Program-made: the position numbers and the translations under genes | Notes under the pieces: model-generated | The model's database searches: none | What the model was told of the DNA's origin: nothing | What the model saw: only the letters and a program-made list of their open reading frames with translations | From: Paragordius varius | Taxonomy: Eukaryota > Animalia > Nematomorpha | Reading direction: 5' to 3' | Length of the DNA: 64,000 bases | Assembly (NCBI GenBank): GCA_964247055.1 | Contig: OZ176050.1 | Location: forward strand, 8,308,001-8,372,000 | Part shown: piece by piece, positions 50,760 through 64,000 of the stretch | How positions within the stretch are numbered: the stretch's first letter is position 1 | Layout: each line of letters starts with the position of its first letter

Positions 50760-52165
50760 CATTTATTTGTGTATCGTCTTTGTGTAATGGCCCATTGTAC
50801 GTACAGAAGCTGCCTGTAATATATGTGATCCTGTCAGAAGTTATCATCACTGCTGGCAACACTTAAATCATATTGTTTTTTTTCAGTTAAAAATTGGTCT
50901 AGCACTGCGACTGTTACCTTCGGGATGTAGGGATAAAATTTTATTTGTTCATTGTCCTTGAGCACGTTTGATGTGTCCGAAATATCTAAGCCTATTTTTT
51001 CTGATCATAATATATAAAGCTTCGATTTGGTACAGTTGTTGCAAATTTGAATTTGGCTTATTGGGGTTGAATAAATTTAGCATTTGCTTTTCTATGTTCA
51101 TTAATCTTTTCTCTATTGAATCTGTCATCGTCCATGTCTCGCGCTTTATAGAGGAGTATGGGACGTATACCTGCTTTGTAGATCAAGTCTTTGTTTTTCG
51201 CAGTTATATGTTTATTTTTGAGCACTATTTTAAGTTGATGGTATTTTACCGAAGCCAGTTGGGATCTATATTGAACTGTCTGGTTTATTCTACCTAGACA
51301 ATGTATGACATAGCCCAAGTAGTTAATACTATTAACCACTTCAATTTTGGCGTCTGGCATTTAAAGGTAATTTAGGGAAATAGGTGAGTGTTTTATAGTT
51401 TTATTTTTACATTATTCACACACAAATTTTTCATTGTTGATTAATGTCCCTTTTATAAGCGAGCACTTTTTGTGTAACCACTTATTGCAAGATGTACATA
51501 GGATTGAATTAAGTTTTACATCCAGATGGAAATTACGCCGTTCATATACATTTTCACCCATTATTAGCACCTTTGTTTTGCATACAAAAAATATACAGTT
51601 TAGAGTGTATTTTTTTATTAAAGGGTAGGGATTTAAATTGTATCCCGACATATAATGGCTTTAACACTCGCCTGCCCAGAGCTAACAGTGATGATGGAAA
51701 AATTGCGTAGTTTCGGGGTTCAAACTCTGGAACGCAGTGTAAGAGTTTGGCGCTCTTCCTACTATACAATCACGCCTTCTTTGTTTTGTTTATGTTTGTC
51801 TTTATTCCAGCTTATAAGTGTGATTTCCATGTGTTATACTTTTAATATAATTCCTCCATAGATGGTGCGGTGAAGACAATGTCGTCCGCATAGATAAGCT
51901 CCCATGGTGGGCCTTGTTTTATATCTTTAGTTAAGTAATCCATTATTAAAATGAAACGTAAAGGGCTTAGTATGCAGCCTTGATGCAGATCAGTTTCGCT
52001 TGGAAAAAAAGCTGTGTTGCCTAGTGTTAATCTGACGCATTTTGTTGTTTTGTAGTACATCATTTCTAGAGATTTGATTATCCAATAATCTATGTTGTTG
52101 CATAGTGCGAATGTAATTAACTTCCAGGGGATACAATCGAAAGCCCTTGCCTATAAAAACACCAT
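50760..52165 (-). mobile_element. RTE-type LINE, 3' half (RT core, Cys-rich insert, thumb, C-terminus), decayed
   Basis: MVFL*ARAFDCIPW (KAFD), LHQGCILSPL, LIYADD, SILCTSCNKWLHKKCS, INYLG, IYKAGIRPILLY and LRYFGHIKR in order on the minus strand. Confidence 0.88.
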
Positions 52166-53520
52166 AACCAACTATACGACATTTCTCATTCAATACCTCC
52201 AAATTACAAAATTTTTATATGTGAAAATTTTAATTTTTACTTTGGCACTAATGGTCAAGTCTATATGAGAATACATGGAGACGCTTTTGACAGCCGTAAC
52301 AAAGAAGGTGATCATTATTAGAGTATTGCGCATCTCTTAAACTTAAGATCTGGAATACTCTCTTTATTAAACAAGCAAAGAAATTATTAACTTATACAAA
52401 TGGTAACCAAAACTCTATGGTAGACTACATTTTAACACCTATACAAGATGATAATTTATCAAAGATTCCAAAACAAATCTCACTGATAGACAACATAAAT
52501 TGAATGTAGCAATAATAACAATAAATAAATCCTATTACCATAGTAACCAGAAACCCAAAATAAATTTAGAAAACTACACCTTCCTGATGTTAAACTTCAA
52601 CTCTCACAAACTGTTAATGCAGCGTTTGGACTCAACCGCAAAACAACTGAACAAGCTTTCGATAATCATAAAAACAGCATCATTCCAAATATACTAAATT
52701 TTTGTGGAAGAAAGAAACAGGGAAAAAACAACAATCAAAGTGGTGGTCATAATCCATAAAACCTTTAATCAAAATTAAACGCCATAACTACAAAAGATGA
52801 AAACAAAAGATAAAAGAGACTTGAAATCATATATCAAATCAATTAAAAATTTACAAAAAAAGCCATCAATATTTCAGCCAACAAAAAAGCTTTGGATTTA
52901 GCTAAAAAACTAGAAAAGATATGAAAAATCTTAAGATTTTCCGAACAATAAATTCAGTTAACAATAATAAAAAAGACATTAAACTTGTCTATATTAAAGA
53001 TAAACACACTAGAACTGTTTGGAGAGACATAAGCAATGTCTGAACCACATATTTCCAAGAACAATTTGCACAAATATAAGATTTTGAAACGACAAACCAA
53101 TTACCACCAATTGGTCCCCCATTGATAACTAGACGATTTAAGAGATGCCTTGGCCAAGATGAAAAATAACAAAGGAGCTGGTCTATCTGAACTCAGTTCC
53201 GACATGACTTACCCGAATGCATTCCACATTTTGATTTATTTAATCTTATCATGTCAACGAATCGCATCCCTAAAGATTGGTTAAAAAGTACCATCATACC
53301 CGTTTATAAGATCAAGGGAGTACTCGATTGTTCTTCCTACAGGACATTCAAGTTGTTGGAGCACCGTTAAAAAATTTTGAATTCATTATTGAATCAAAAC
53401 TGAGAACAATCACGAGCATAGAATCCCAATATGCCTATAAACCAAACACTAGCACAATTGATGCTGTCTTCATTTTAAGAAGATTTCAAAAGATTATTTA
53501 GCCAAAATAAAAACATTTAT
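52165..53520 (+). mobile_element. RTE-type LINE, 5' portion (APE endonuclease C-terminal part to RT domain 2), inverted
   Basis: Plus strand: SIPPNYKIFICENFN...HG...RNKEG...NTLFIK...TYTNGNQNSMVDYIL (endonuclease), then KMKNNKGAG, WLKSTIIPVYK, SSYRTFKLL and STIDAVFILR. Confidence 0.85.
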
Positions 53521-55967
53521 TTCTAATAACATTATAAATTAAAGCGTATTAAGGCGAACTCCGCTCACAGATCATATTTATTTGGCAAATTCCAAAACAT
53601 TTGTTGCAAAAACATAGGGCAGTGTTCAACAGCCTGGGAATCACACCCTTCTTGTGGAGGTTGGATATATTTGGGGGAGGCGTAAAAACTGACAGGTAGT
53701 GCAGCTTGCATTTTTGGCGCCCACTTCCCCTCCATACGACCGCTTGCATATTAAAAAAATCATCAAATTTAAACCGTAGTGATGACCACTCATAAATGGC
53801 TGATTATTTTCTGTATTGTTTAAAATAATAAACTTTAAATGCCTATTTGAAATAAAATTATTTTTTTAAAAAATCCGGCGATTACTATGGCGCCCGATGC
53901 ATCAGTCTCCTTTCCTCGCCCCTTGCAACTACGCCTCCGAGGTAGTAACAAATTAATTGGGCGCAATATAAAGAATTTGATTGAAAACAGAAAAGGTTGG
54001 TAAACAGCATTAATGGAATTTACGGATTCCTTAGTTAAGAAAAATTTTTTTCTAACCAATTATTCTTGTTAATTCTTACTTTGGCAACTTATTTTGATCT
54101 TGAATTCTCATATTTTTATACACGAGATTAATATATATTTTTTCATGCCAAATAATAATAATTTATTAGATGGTTAAGGGACTTCTATTATTGGAACCTA
54201 TATTTAATGCTTTAGATAAAAGTTTGCATATTCCGCTATTAACATACCTAATGAGTTCTTTCAAAATATAATAAAAAGAACCAACCATCTTCCATTAATT
54301 ATTTATATGTTTTAATGGTAGTTTGGTCCCATAAGTATAGACTTTGTTGGCTATCATTTTTATCTTTTTCATTGAAACTAATTTCTGAAAAAAAATTGTT
54401 ATCGCATATGTATGCATATATTTAATTTTTTAATGCATTTTTTAGTTTTGGTTAATTACAATTTAAAAGTTTTTCTTTATTGTATGTAAGGAAGGACGCA
54501 CGCACACCATTAGGCAGATATCGATGCAATAATTTGGAATAAAGATAATAAGGCAAACTCTTTTTTCTTTAGTCCCAAGACTTTTTCTGCTTTAAAGAAT
54601 GGACGCAATAATAAGTCCCTATTTTGCATAAATTTATATAATTTTTATATTATCAACTTATTATTACATCGAAGTCAAAGCCGTTAGAAAAATAAGCAAT
54701 ATCCACAATTTTAACAGAGTTGAACCCAAAACTATTAATTTTATTAATTAGGATCTCAAAACTTTTGGTGAATATATTGAGTTTTTTGAATACTTTTATA
54801 AATAATCATTTATAATAGAATGGGGGAAAGTAAATTCTTTTGGTGCGCGTCAATGTACTCTCAAAATATATTATCATCATTCTCGTTTTTATATTTTGTC
54901 CTAACTAATGGGGTTCAAAAACCTCCAAAAAAATTGAAAAATCTACCTTTACCCCAAAATTAGACATTAATACATACTATGAATGCTTATGAATAAATAT
55001 TTTGCTATTTTGCATAAAATTACCTTTGCATACTACATTGATACTAAGGATCCAATGCGTTCCACGCACAAAAATTAAACGGAAACAATTATAATGGCTC
55101 AATAAATGTGCATGCTCAAACTTTTTTATAGAGGGTTTCGGCGGCATACATCTAAAAAACCCAAACACACACACACCCAATGATTAGGCATCTAAAAGTA
55201 ATGCGTTGAAAACCATTAACTACTATTAATATAATAGAATCAATATATTTATAGATATACAGATAGGTAGATAAGTCTTCAGGTATTTTTGGTGGTAAAA
55301 TTTTTTTATTTTGCAATTTAAACCACGACACAGTCATAATAGATGCATAAAACCTATATTATCCATTTTTCAAAGTAAAATAATGCGAAAAAAAGGTTAT
55401 TTGCATATTTAATCAAGTAGGAGAATATTCTATGAGATGCAAAATAGAATTTAATGGAATATAAAGCAATATTAAAAATTTAATTAAAATTTATAAGGCA
55501 TAATTTTGTATAAAAATATCATTAAATTATATATATATATATATATAATATATTAATATTATTGAAAAAAATTTGTCATATATTTTATGGTCAGCCCATA
55601 TATGGAATCCTGATCAAACACAATGTTAATAAAAATAATAAAAAAATGTATCAATGATATCTGGTTTTTGGATTAATTAAAATATATTAAAAATGAAATT
55701 ATATTTTTACGGGGCTGAAATTTTAATAACGGTGTTACGAAATATAAAATTGGTTTTGCATTCATATCTTTGTAAAACATGTGGCCGGTTTAAAAAATTG
55801 TTTAACTGATATTGATCAAACATCCGGAGGCGGTTTGATTACCGATAATTAAATCTGCTTGTGATAATAATTTATCTTTTTACCGAAGTTTGCATTTAAA
55901 AAAACATAAAATTGAACGATAATTACGTTACTTGGATTAACAATAAGCTAATTATAATGTATTTTAA

Positions 55968-56497
55968 GACTGCATGACCTTTTCAATTTTTTGTCCGCCA
56001 TTCTATATTGGGGTAGTTTTATATCCCATAGCTCAATCTTGTAAAAACTACTGTTTTGAAAGTTATTTTTTAAAATATAATTATCAAACATTGTTCTCCT
56101 ATATTATTCAAAAAAGCATATTTTATTTGTACTTCTAGAGTCTTATATTGGGACAACACACGATTGAAAAAAAAACAGCTGATTTTAATAGTAAGTTTTT
56201 GCTGGTAAAATGAAACTTTAAAAATTACTTAAGTTATATATTTACATTTTTAACCATAATATATTTTTATTTGCCTATTGTTTAACGATTTAAATAATTA
56301 AAGAAAAAAAGGGGGGTGAAAAAGTTTGAGAAGAAGATATTATAAATTTTACATTTTTAAAAAAATTTCACCCAGCATGCGCCTTAAAAATTAAAGAAAG
56401 CATATTTTTAAACTCAGCCTAATACCATAAATACTTTTTAAAATATTTAAATTTCAAACCTATGGGATAAAAAAATACCCCAAAAGGTTATGAAGTG
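55968..56497. mobile_element. 530-bp piggyBac-like MITE, family A (reverse orientation to 49380-49791)
   Basis: ttaa|gactgcatgaccttt ... ccccaaaaggttatgaagtg|ttaa; internal sequence is the reverse complement of the 49380 copy. Confidence 0.65.
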
Positions 56498-56769
56498 TTA
56501 ATGGATATAAGTATCTCAATATATTAATGTTTTGCGAAAAAGGCTCCAAATAATGGATACACATATGCTGCATATATATATCGATTTTCTTATTATTCAA
56601 TCGAATCTATCAATTTTTACATTAACATTGATGTTATATACCAAAACTCATAGATATATTAAACTAGCCTATGGACTAGCAGTTTTACATGATGGCAAAT
56701 CTTTATTATTTTTTATATATTTCATTAAACTGCTCAACAAGGTTTTGCACCACCCCATTTTTTTGCATT

Positions 56770-57320
56770 TTCTGGTACCTAATGGCATGAAAAGGCCAAA
56801 GCAAAAAAATTGAGGCCGTTATTAGGATTTTTATAAAATTTAATTTTTAATTTTGTATTTAATTTAAAAAAACAATTATTCCTCGCGTACATATATATAA
56901 ATATGAGCAAGTCGATACAAGTGGTTTTCCAGAGCCAGGTATTTTATTATAATTTTAAATGATCCAAATATACCAGCCCCAGTATACGATACCACAGAAG
57001 ATTTTTTTATTAACGAAAACTCTACAAATACGTTGTGGGGGCTTGTTATTCGACATAGAAATAGACAATAAACAAATACTTAATTTATTGTGTATATTAA
57101 TTAAAAATTCTATGTTTTAAATAAAAGAGGATACGAAACTTTAAGAATATAGAATTAAACAAATTAAAAGCTAAGAGCAATAGTATTGGACATCAAAAAT
57201 ATTTAAAATCTAAATGGGCTAATGTATGGTGTGGTGTTATAGATCCGGTCGGCTTGCACAGCTCTGCAAAAATCTCCCAAGCAATCCTATAATTATGCCA
57301 GATATGGCAAAGTATACAAC
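56770..57320. repeat. Inverted dispersed copy of the internal part of the 40959-42489 element
   Basis: cctaatggcatgaaaaggccaaa...gtcggcttgcaca...atgccagatatggcaaagtatacaa is the reverse complement of ~41650-42330. Confidence 0.75.
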
Positions 57321-59123
57321 ATGTCAAATTAATCAATTCACAGAATAGAGTTAGACAAATTCGACCATAAAATCGGATAGGATTAGATAAGTGGAAGTGG
57401 TCCTATTGTAGCCCACAGTAGATATCCACATACAGGTAAAAAAAGTTGCCAACATCCATCTGAAATTCAAAATCCGCATCCAACATTTTCAAAATAAACA
57501 ATATCCACTAGGTATAAATAACAGGGTTTGTAAGAATCAACCGAAGAAAAAACCCTAATAATACTAATAACCAAGACTAAAAAATATAGCCTACCTGAAA
57601 GCCAAAGGTTTAAACCATGCCTCTTTTAGTATTCTTTTAATATAAATTTATACGTGTTAAAAATTAACTTTAAAAAAACAGTAAATTTTAACGTTTATAC
57701 CTGTACTATTTTTTCCTCCCTGATATTTAAATGACATATTTATATTCAAAAGATAGAGTTTAAAACGCTTTATTAAATAATACCAGTTTTATAATATTAA
57801 ATTTTTATTAAGTATATTTGATTTTCTGTCTATTTTCTATTGAAAACTGAAATTAGTCAAAATTTAAAATTTCGCGTGGTGGTCGAAAAAGTCCATATTT
57901 GTCGACTAGTCTTATTGATTAAATTAAATCAAAATTAGCAAATTGCAATTATCGTATTTTTGCTAGAGTCAGGGTTTAAGATTCCTAGTGGTACATATAC
58001 GAGCGGCAGAAAGTAGATTTTGCATATTTAGACAATCTATTCGAAATTGCCATCATACCAATGTGATTTCCTTTTATTTCCTAACCAAACTTTGATTATG
58101 CCCTTGTGAGTTAAATATCTATTCCGGAGCGGATGCGGATTAAAACAAAAGTCTGACAGAATTAAGAGTGGGACTGATCGGCTTTTGACCGTGGCCATGT
58201 CCGCTATATCTATCAAAATTTTTAACAAATATCGCGCGGTATAAAATAAATATAAATGTATTGGTAAAAAATTATATTTAATGTAATAAATTAAAATTAA
58301 AGAATTTGCTAATACTAATAAAACCAATATTGGTTCATATCGTTTCGTTGATTACATATATATTTATTATTAAACTGGTTATGACCTTACTTAAGCGGTG
58401 GTTACTCACTCTAGTTAGAACATATGGTACAATATCCATAATTTTGCCTGCAGATTCTAATTTTTGGTAAATAAATTAATTTCCTCGATGTATTGCACCC
58501 TATCATGTTTTATTTAGTTTAAACGAATTTTCTACAAATTTTAATATTAAAGAAAATTCGATAAATACTAACAAATTAATACGTTGTAACATATCCGAAT
58601 CATTCTACATGATTTTAGCATGTTAAAATTCAGCAAAATCGCATAAACGGTTTAACTCAAAAATTTGAATTTTTTTGGAGCCACCTCAACTGTTTTGTTT
58701 TTTCTAATGCAAACAAATGGTATAAATTTCATATGCATTTTAAGTGAAAATAATTAAGGCCAATATACAGAAAGCAGTTGTTTCTATATTGTTTTTTTCA
58801 TTTGCTTCTTATATTTTGACCGCCACATTCCCATCATCATATTTGTCAGAAAAATTGAGTCTATCAAAATATACAAAAGATACCCCCAGATTCGACTGAC
58901 AATGTATATTATACCAAAACTTTTTATCGAATCCAATTTTGCCAAATCTTGATTATGGTTACTGAGAATGTCGTTAAATGTTTTAGCCATATAAGCTTAC
59001 CTAAATTGGAAACTATTAAAAATTATAACTAAGGATTAATGATAAAATTGGATTTACCTATATTCAATAGCTTTTATAGTCAGCCCATGTTATGAAATAT
59101 ATTATATACATCTAACAAAAGTC

Positions 59124-59126
<3 letters not shown>

Positions 59127-59165
<39 letters not shown>
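59127..59165. repeat. (AT)n microsatellite
   Basis: Pure AT run of ~39 bp. Confidence 0.95.
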
Positions 59166-59169
<4 letters not shown>

Positions 59170-59299
59170 TAAAAAATTTATATTTACCGACGATAATGCT
59201 ATGTTAAATTTAAATAAATGCCTCTCATAAATGCACTATTTAAATTTGAAGAATATTGGATGCATTTTTGATGATTAAACTATTTATATATTAATATTT

Positions 59300-59825
59300 C
59301 GTTTGCACCTCAAGAATGTCCTTGAACATTTCAAGTTGGTCCTTAAACATTTCATAGTCGTTCAAATTTTTTTAATTTGTTTTCGACTTTTATCAATCAA
59401 ACCGCGTACCATTCATATATTTTATTATTTTTAACCTATTCTCTTAATATAACCAAACTTTTAAATCTATATTATCTTTTAATCATTCAGAAACCTTATA
59501 TCTTTATTATCTTAAAAATATATTTTTAATAAGATTTTAACATGTAATTAGAAAAAAATATTAGTTTTCTGGTTATTAATTAGAATTTTTTGTTAACATT
59601 TTTAATTGAATAATATTGCCGAATTGAAATTAGTTTGAAGCAAAAAGTCGGTTTTTATATGAGAATATTAATTTTAAATGAATAAATATATAATAAATGA
59701 AGAAAATTAGGATAAAAAATAATAAAATAAATAAATAAATGAACAATTTATGGTAAAATTAATAGTTTAAGGATCAACTTGAAATATTCAAGGACCAATT
59801 TAAAGCGTTCAGGGACACATGAAGT
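59300..59825. repeat. ~520-bp element with inverted terminal blocks
   Basis: gtccttgaacatttcaagttggtccttaa (~59318) vs ttaaggatcaacttgaaatattcaaggac (~59768). Confidence 0.6.
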
Positions 59826-62800
59826 ATTGCTATTAGATGAAAGCTTCAAGCATCATACTTTGAAAAATAAGTACTTTTATTCAACTGTATGACACAATCT
59901 AAATTTTTATGGCTTTTTGGGCCGGATACGGATTCTTAAAGCCATGAGTCTCTGTATCTGCGCTAAGACCTGCAATATAGCCCAAACGGGACATAACTAA
60001 ATATTATAACTCACAGTCGGTCGGGGTTAGACCCTTTATCATTATAGCATAGATTTAGGGACAAGGCCCCATCTGAATAGTTAGAAAATTGAAATTAATC
60101 CAGTTTAGTTGGCTGATTACAGATTACATCCATGCTTGTTAGCAACGGCGGCTATATATAAATAATGCAAATTAAAATAAATCTATCCAAAAAATATTGG
60201 AGAATATAAAATACAATGAGGTAAACGAAATCGAAAATATGCAACTCGCACTTTTTATGGTAAATATTTTTGGGATAAAAAAAATGATTGTAAATAGATA
60301 TCTTATATCCATTTATATACATATGTTCCCAAAACCTTAAAAAGATGAAAAAAAACCGTGAATAATGATAAACGAAAATTAAATAGAAAATTTAACTGAA
60401 AATTATATCAATATAAATGATATGGGAAACCCTTTCGTCAATAGTAATTACAGACTAGTTTCGTGCTTATTAGCACTCATCAGTACCACGCAACTATTTA
60501 ACTTGTTAATAATTATATATATGGATTATATAGCATCCACATTTCATTGGAGCAATTTGGACTTTGGTCTCATATCAGATAAACAAAGCTTTAATAAAAA
60601 TATAAATCTTTCTACATACATTATATCAGTAAATTAAAAATAAATACAGATTAAATAAAAGCGCCATTATTAAAAGAAAAGTGATTTTAGGGCATCTATA
60701 AACATTATGCAATCCTTAATGTATTAAAGAAATATTTTTAATCTCTTTTGTATTTAAATATATGTTTATTGTCATAGCTTCTTGTTAATTTTAAAAATTG
60801 AACTCATTAACATTAGAATCTGACCAATTTAAGAATAAAATTAAGTTTTCAGAAGCTTCGCCATTTTATGATTTCGGCTGTATATAAAAAATAATTATGT
60901 AATTCTAAATATAAATACTTAGACTTTAGAAGTATGAGTCAAAGGTTTGAAGCCCGACATGGGTGTAAGCTAAGTAAATTTGTGTGACTGAATATATTCC
61001 TTAAATTATGGTTAAATATTAAACATATGCACAGTTAACATAATATATGATAAAAAATGTCATTTTTATAGATTGGTTTAAGCAATAAGCATATTATGTA
61101 TGCAAAAACGATTGTAACTAAAGGCTAATTCCGATAGCAACAAAGGCACCAAATTTATTTATTTTAATAAAGATGATTAAATTTTCCGCTTTACTAAACT
61201 TTGCATACGGTTAGCTATCTTAGTTAGTTAGATTATATATATATATATATATATTAATGTATGCATTCAAATCATAAATTATAGGATATTGAATATTGTG
61301 CAGTTTGGAAATTCGCATCTCATAACTTTCCTTATTTATACTTACCAATTAGTTTTATATGCAACACACACAAATATTAAAAAAAATTGATAAAAATATT
61401 AATATATATATTGTTGACCAAAACTTTGATGACTTTTTTAGTTAAAAGCTGCTATACTTGTCACTTCCTCCATGAATTTGTGGAAAATGAAAAAAAGAGT
61501 TTTTTTATCTAACTGGCCTGTCTAATTTATTCATAAATTTGGATTCTATATATACATACATATATTTGATTGTCAATTTAATCATAAAAATTGCATATAT
61601 CATAAAAATATTTCATCTAAGGACACACAAAATATGCCTATAGTCTCGCGCGAAGCAAATGATAAGTTTTCATTACATATAGAGGAGACATTAATAAATG
61701 AATATTATGAATAAAGGCAGGCATATTTTTAATAAGTATTGATAATGTTTATATATATATATGTGCATATAATAAAAATTAATGAAAATATTTTAATATA
61801 TCATAAAAAATACTACCAATACCAATACTAACAATAATAATAATTGATTAAATATGAATGCCAGAGTGTTTTGGCGATGATATTTTTGACTGACTTTTTG
61901 ACATTTTGATATGGAAAAGGACAAAAAAATTTTCCTAGCTTGCATAACGACTGAAATCCAATCAATATTAATGTTACTTATACAAAAATACGAAAGATTT
62001 TAAATATGTTTTGAGCCCAACAAACGTGCAATGATGGGTACATATGTTCTTATCTATAGATTTTTTAAAATGAGTAAAATAGTATCAGAGGTAATTTAGC
62101 GGGATGATGGGAGGTGTTTTTGTCAATCTCACAAACATAAAAAAATTAATAATTATGTTAAAGCTTTGTGGTATATGGAGTTTAATTAAAAAGGCCATCG
62201 GAACACCTTGGATGTAGAGCTTTTCAACTAATTGAAAAAATGATAAAAATACAAAAGTTTTATTGTGATTTAGTAATTTTATAAATCTTATCAGAATCTT
62301 ACACATATTTTATCTTATAATTTAGCCAAAAAAACGTTATTTTTTTAGAAACTATTCCTAATTTTAAGTTTCTTATATTCATGAAATCATATGGTTATAA
62401 AGCTTTTGCGTTAAGATAAAAGAATTATAATCAAAATAGTGATAATAGCTGTGTTTTTCGGTTTTTTGCATTTATTTCTCTTTTGTTAAATCTTGTTTTT
62501 TGGATTCTAAAAGCCCATCCTGCCTTTAAACGGAGATACCACGTAATTAAACTATATTTGTATACCTAAGAGACAAATTTTTTTATAAATTCATATATTT
62601 GGAATGAGAAGTTCACCCTTCAGAATTTCAAAAGGCTTTGACATCTGTAGGTAAAGCGTCTAAAAGAATTTTTCTTAAATAAAGTCAAAAGTATTTCATA
62701 ACGTTTGGTATAAATTTATGTTTGGTGTATTATATTTTAAATGTACAAATATTTATAAAACTAAGCTTCGGATTGTTGATTAATATAATTTCCATAGGTA

Positions 62801-64000
62801 CTGATAGGTTAATTACATGTTTTAAATACAATAAATTGAAGAGCTAGTGCAAAAGACTATGAAAACTGATACTATTCGTATTTTAATCGCCCGAATAAAT
62901 TTTTACCATTTCTTTCAATTTTTTTAAATATGTGATTTTACATTTTGAAAGCTTTATTTTATACTTTTCTGAGTTTGTTTAAACGTAACTTACAACTTTG
63001 ATATTCTATCATTATCTAATGTTTTATTAATAAATGAAATTTATATCGCCGATTCTTTGGGAAAAAACAGCTGACTCTCCCTAAAATCAATTTTCAGTCT
63101 CTTTCCTTTATGCAACGTAACACCCAAACTTTTTTCGGATTCTGAAAGCTAAATTAATTCTCTGTTCAAATATAAATTATAAAAACTATATTTCAAAATT
63201 TGGCTTACTCTATATACATAATAAAGAGATTTGTTATCGCCGTCCGCTATGATAAAAATTACATTTTTTTGTTAGATAAATAAATAATTATTCAAACGAT
63301 ATTTATTAGGTTAACTTTATTCATATAATAATTAAAATCCTTACCTCGGGGATGCAGTTTTTTGGGTTTTTCATCTGAAATGTGAACTGGCTTAATAGTA
63401 AGTTTTCAGGGTTTTGAAAAATAACCTTAATTAATAATATGTATTATCATAAATATACATAATGTGCCCCGTTTTTTGCACATTGAAAAAGAAACTGTAG
63501 TAATTTATTGGAATTATGATTGGGCAAAATCTGTCTACTTAGAAAAACTAAAATATTATCTTTAATTTCAAAATGTTAGCCTTGTCTTACAGCGTTTACA
63601 TTAAATTATAGTCAAGATTTTTATATAACATTAGTAATATGCATCTAATGTATCACAAAAAATTATTTTGTATTATTTTAAGAATGGGCATTAACTGTTT
63701 AAAGGATTTGAACGAACCAATCTAAATACCCGTTTTAGCCCACTCTGTGATAGCACTAATTATAAAAATAGATAGATTTTATATAGATCCTATTTTAAAT
63801 CAAATAATAATTTATAATCATATGCTCTAAAAATTAAAATTTTTATTTATAATAATAAAAAGTGTTTCGTGTGCCAAATTATATTAAATATAGATATTCA
63901 ATAATTTTAATCACAAAAAAATTTCCATGGTCAAAGGAGATAACGTATGTTTGATAAATCACAATATCAATGGGCGAGGAATAAGTTATGGCAAATTATT

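Noticed and set aside
50968-52697. Multiple short ORFs on both strands
   Set aside because: Fragments or antisense shadows of the decayed RTE element, not host genes.
53600-53945. GC-rich patch resembling a promoter island
   Set aside because: Looks like two MITE-type ends in tandem (…ccatacgaccgcttg, …actacgcctccg); no associated gene.
57865-58010. Weak tRNA/SINE-like A- and B-box resemblance (gcgtggtggtcg...gggtttaagattcc)
   Set aside because: Spacing is too long and no cloverleaf can be folded.

Overview
AT-rich (roughly 75% AT by eye) eukaryotic, animal-type genomic DNA. Six protein-coding genes can be reconstructed by hand. They are the 5' end of PSME4 (-), a PAGR1/PA1-like gene (+), a six-exon group II-like metabotropic glutamate receptor (-), TRIP4/ASC-1 (-), a tandem-BTB/partial-BACK gene (+) and MPC2 (-). 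Several genes carry extremely small spliceosomal introns (22-30 nt), while introns of 67-1405 nt occur in the same window. Gene pairs are packed head-to-head (51 nt between ATGs) and tail-to-tail (24 nt between stops). The rest is a mosaic of transposon relics. The largest is a Buster/SPIN-type hAT element containing a 6.5-kb Helitron-like insertion, built from six near-identical 1058-bp units plus a terminal 151-bp mini-Helitron. There is also a decayed mariner, an RTE-type LINE with an internal inversion, several RTE 3' stubs, TTAA-flanked piggyBac-like MITEs, hAT/Tc1 MITEs and 0.5-1.1 kb foldback elements. The organism cannot be named from sequence alone. Gene and TE family calls rest on recalled motif similarity, not on database searches. 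TE boundaries without a TSD are approximate.
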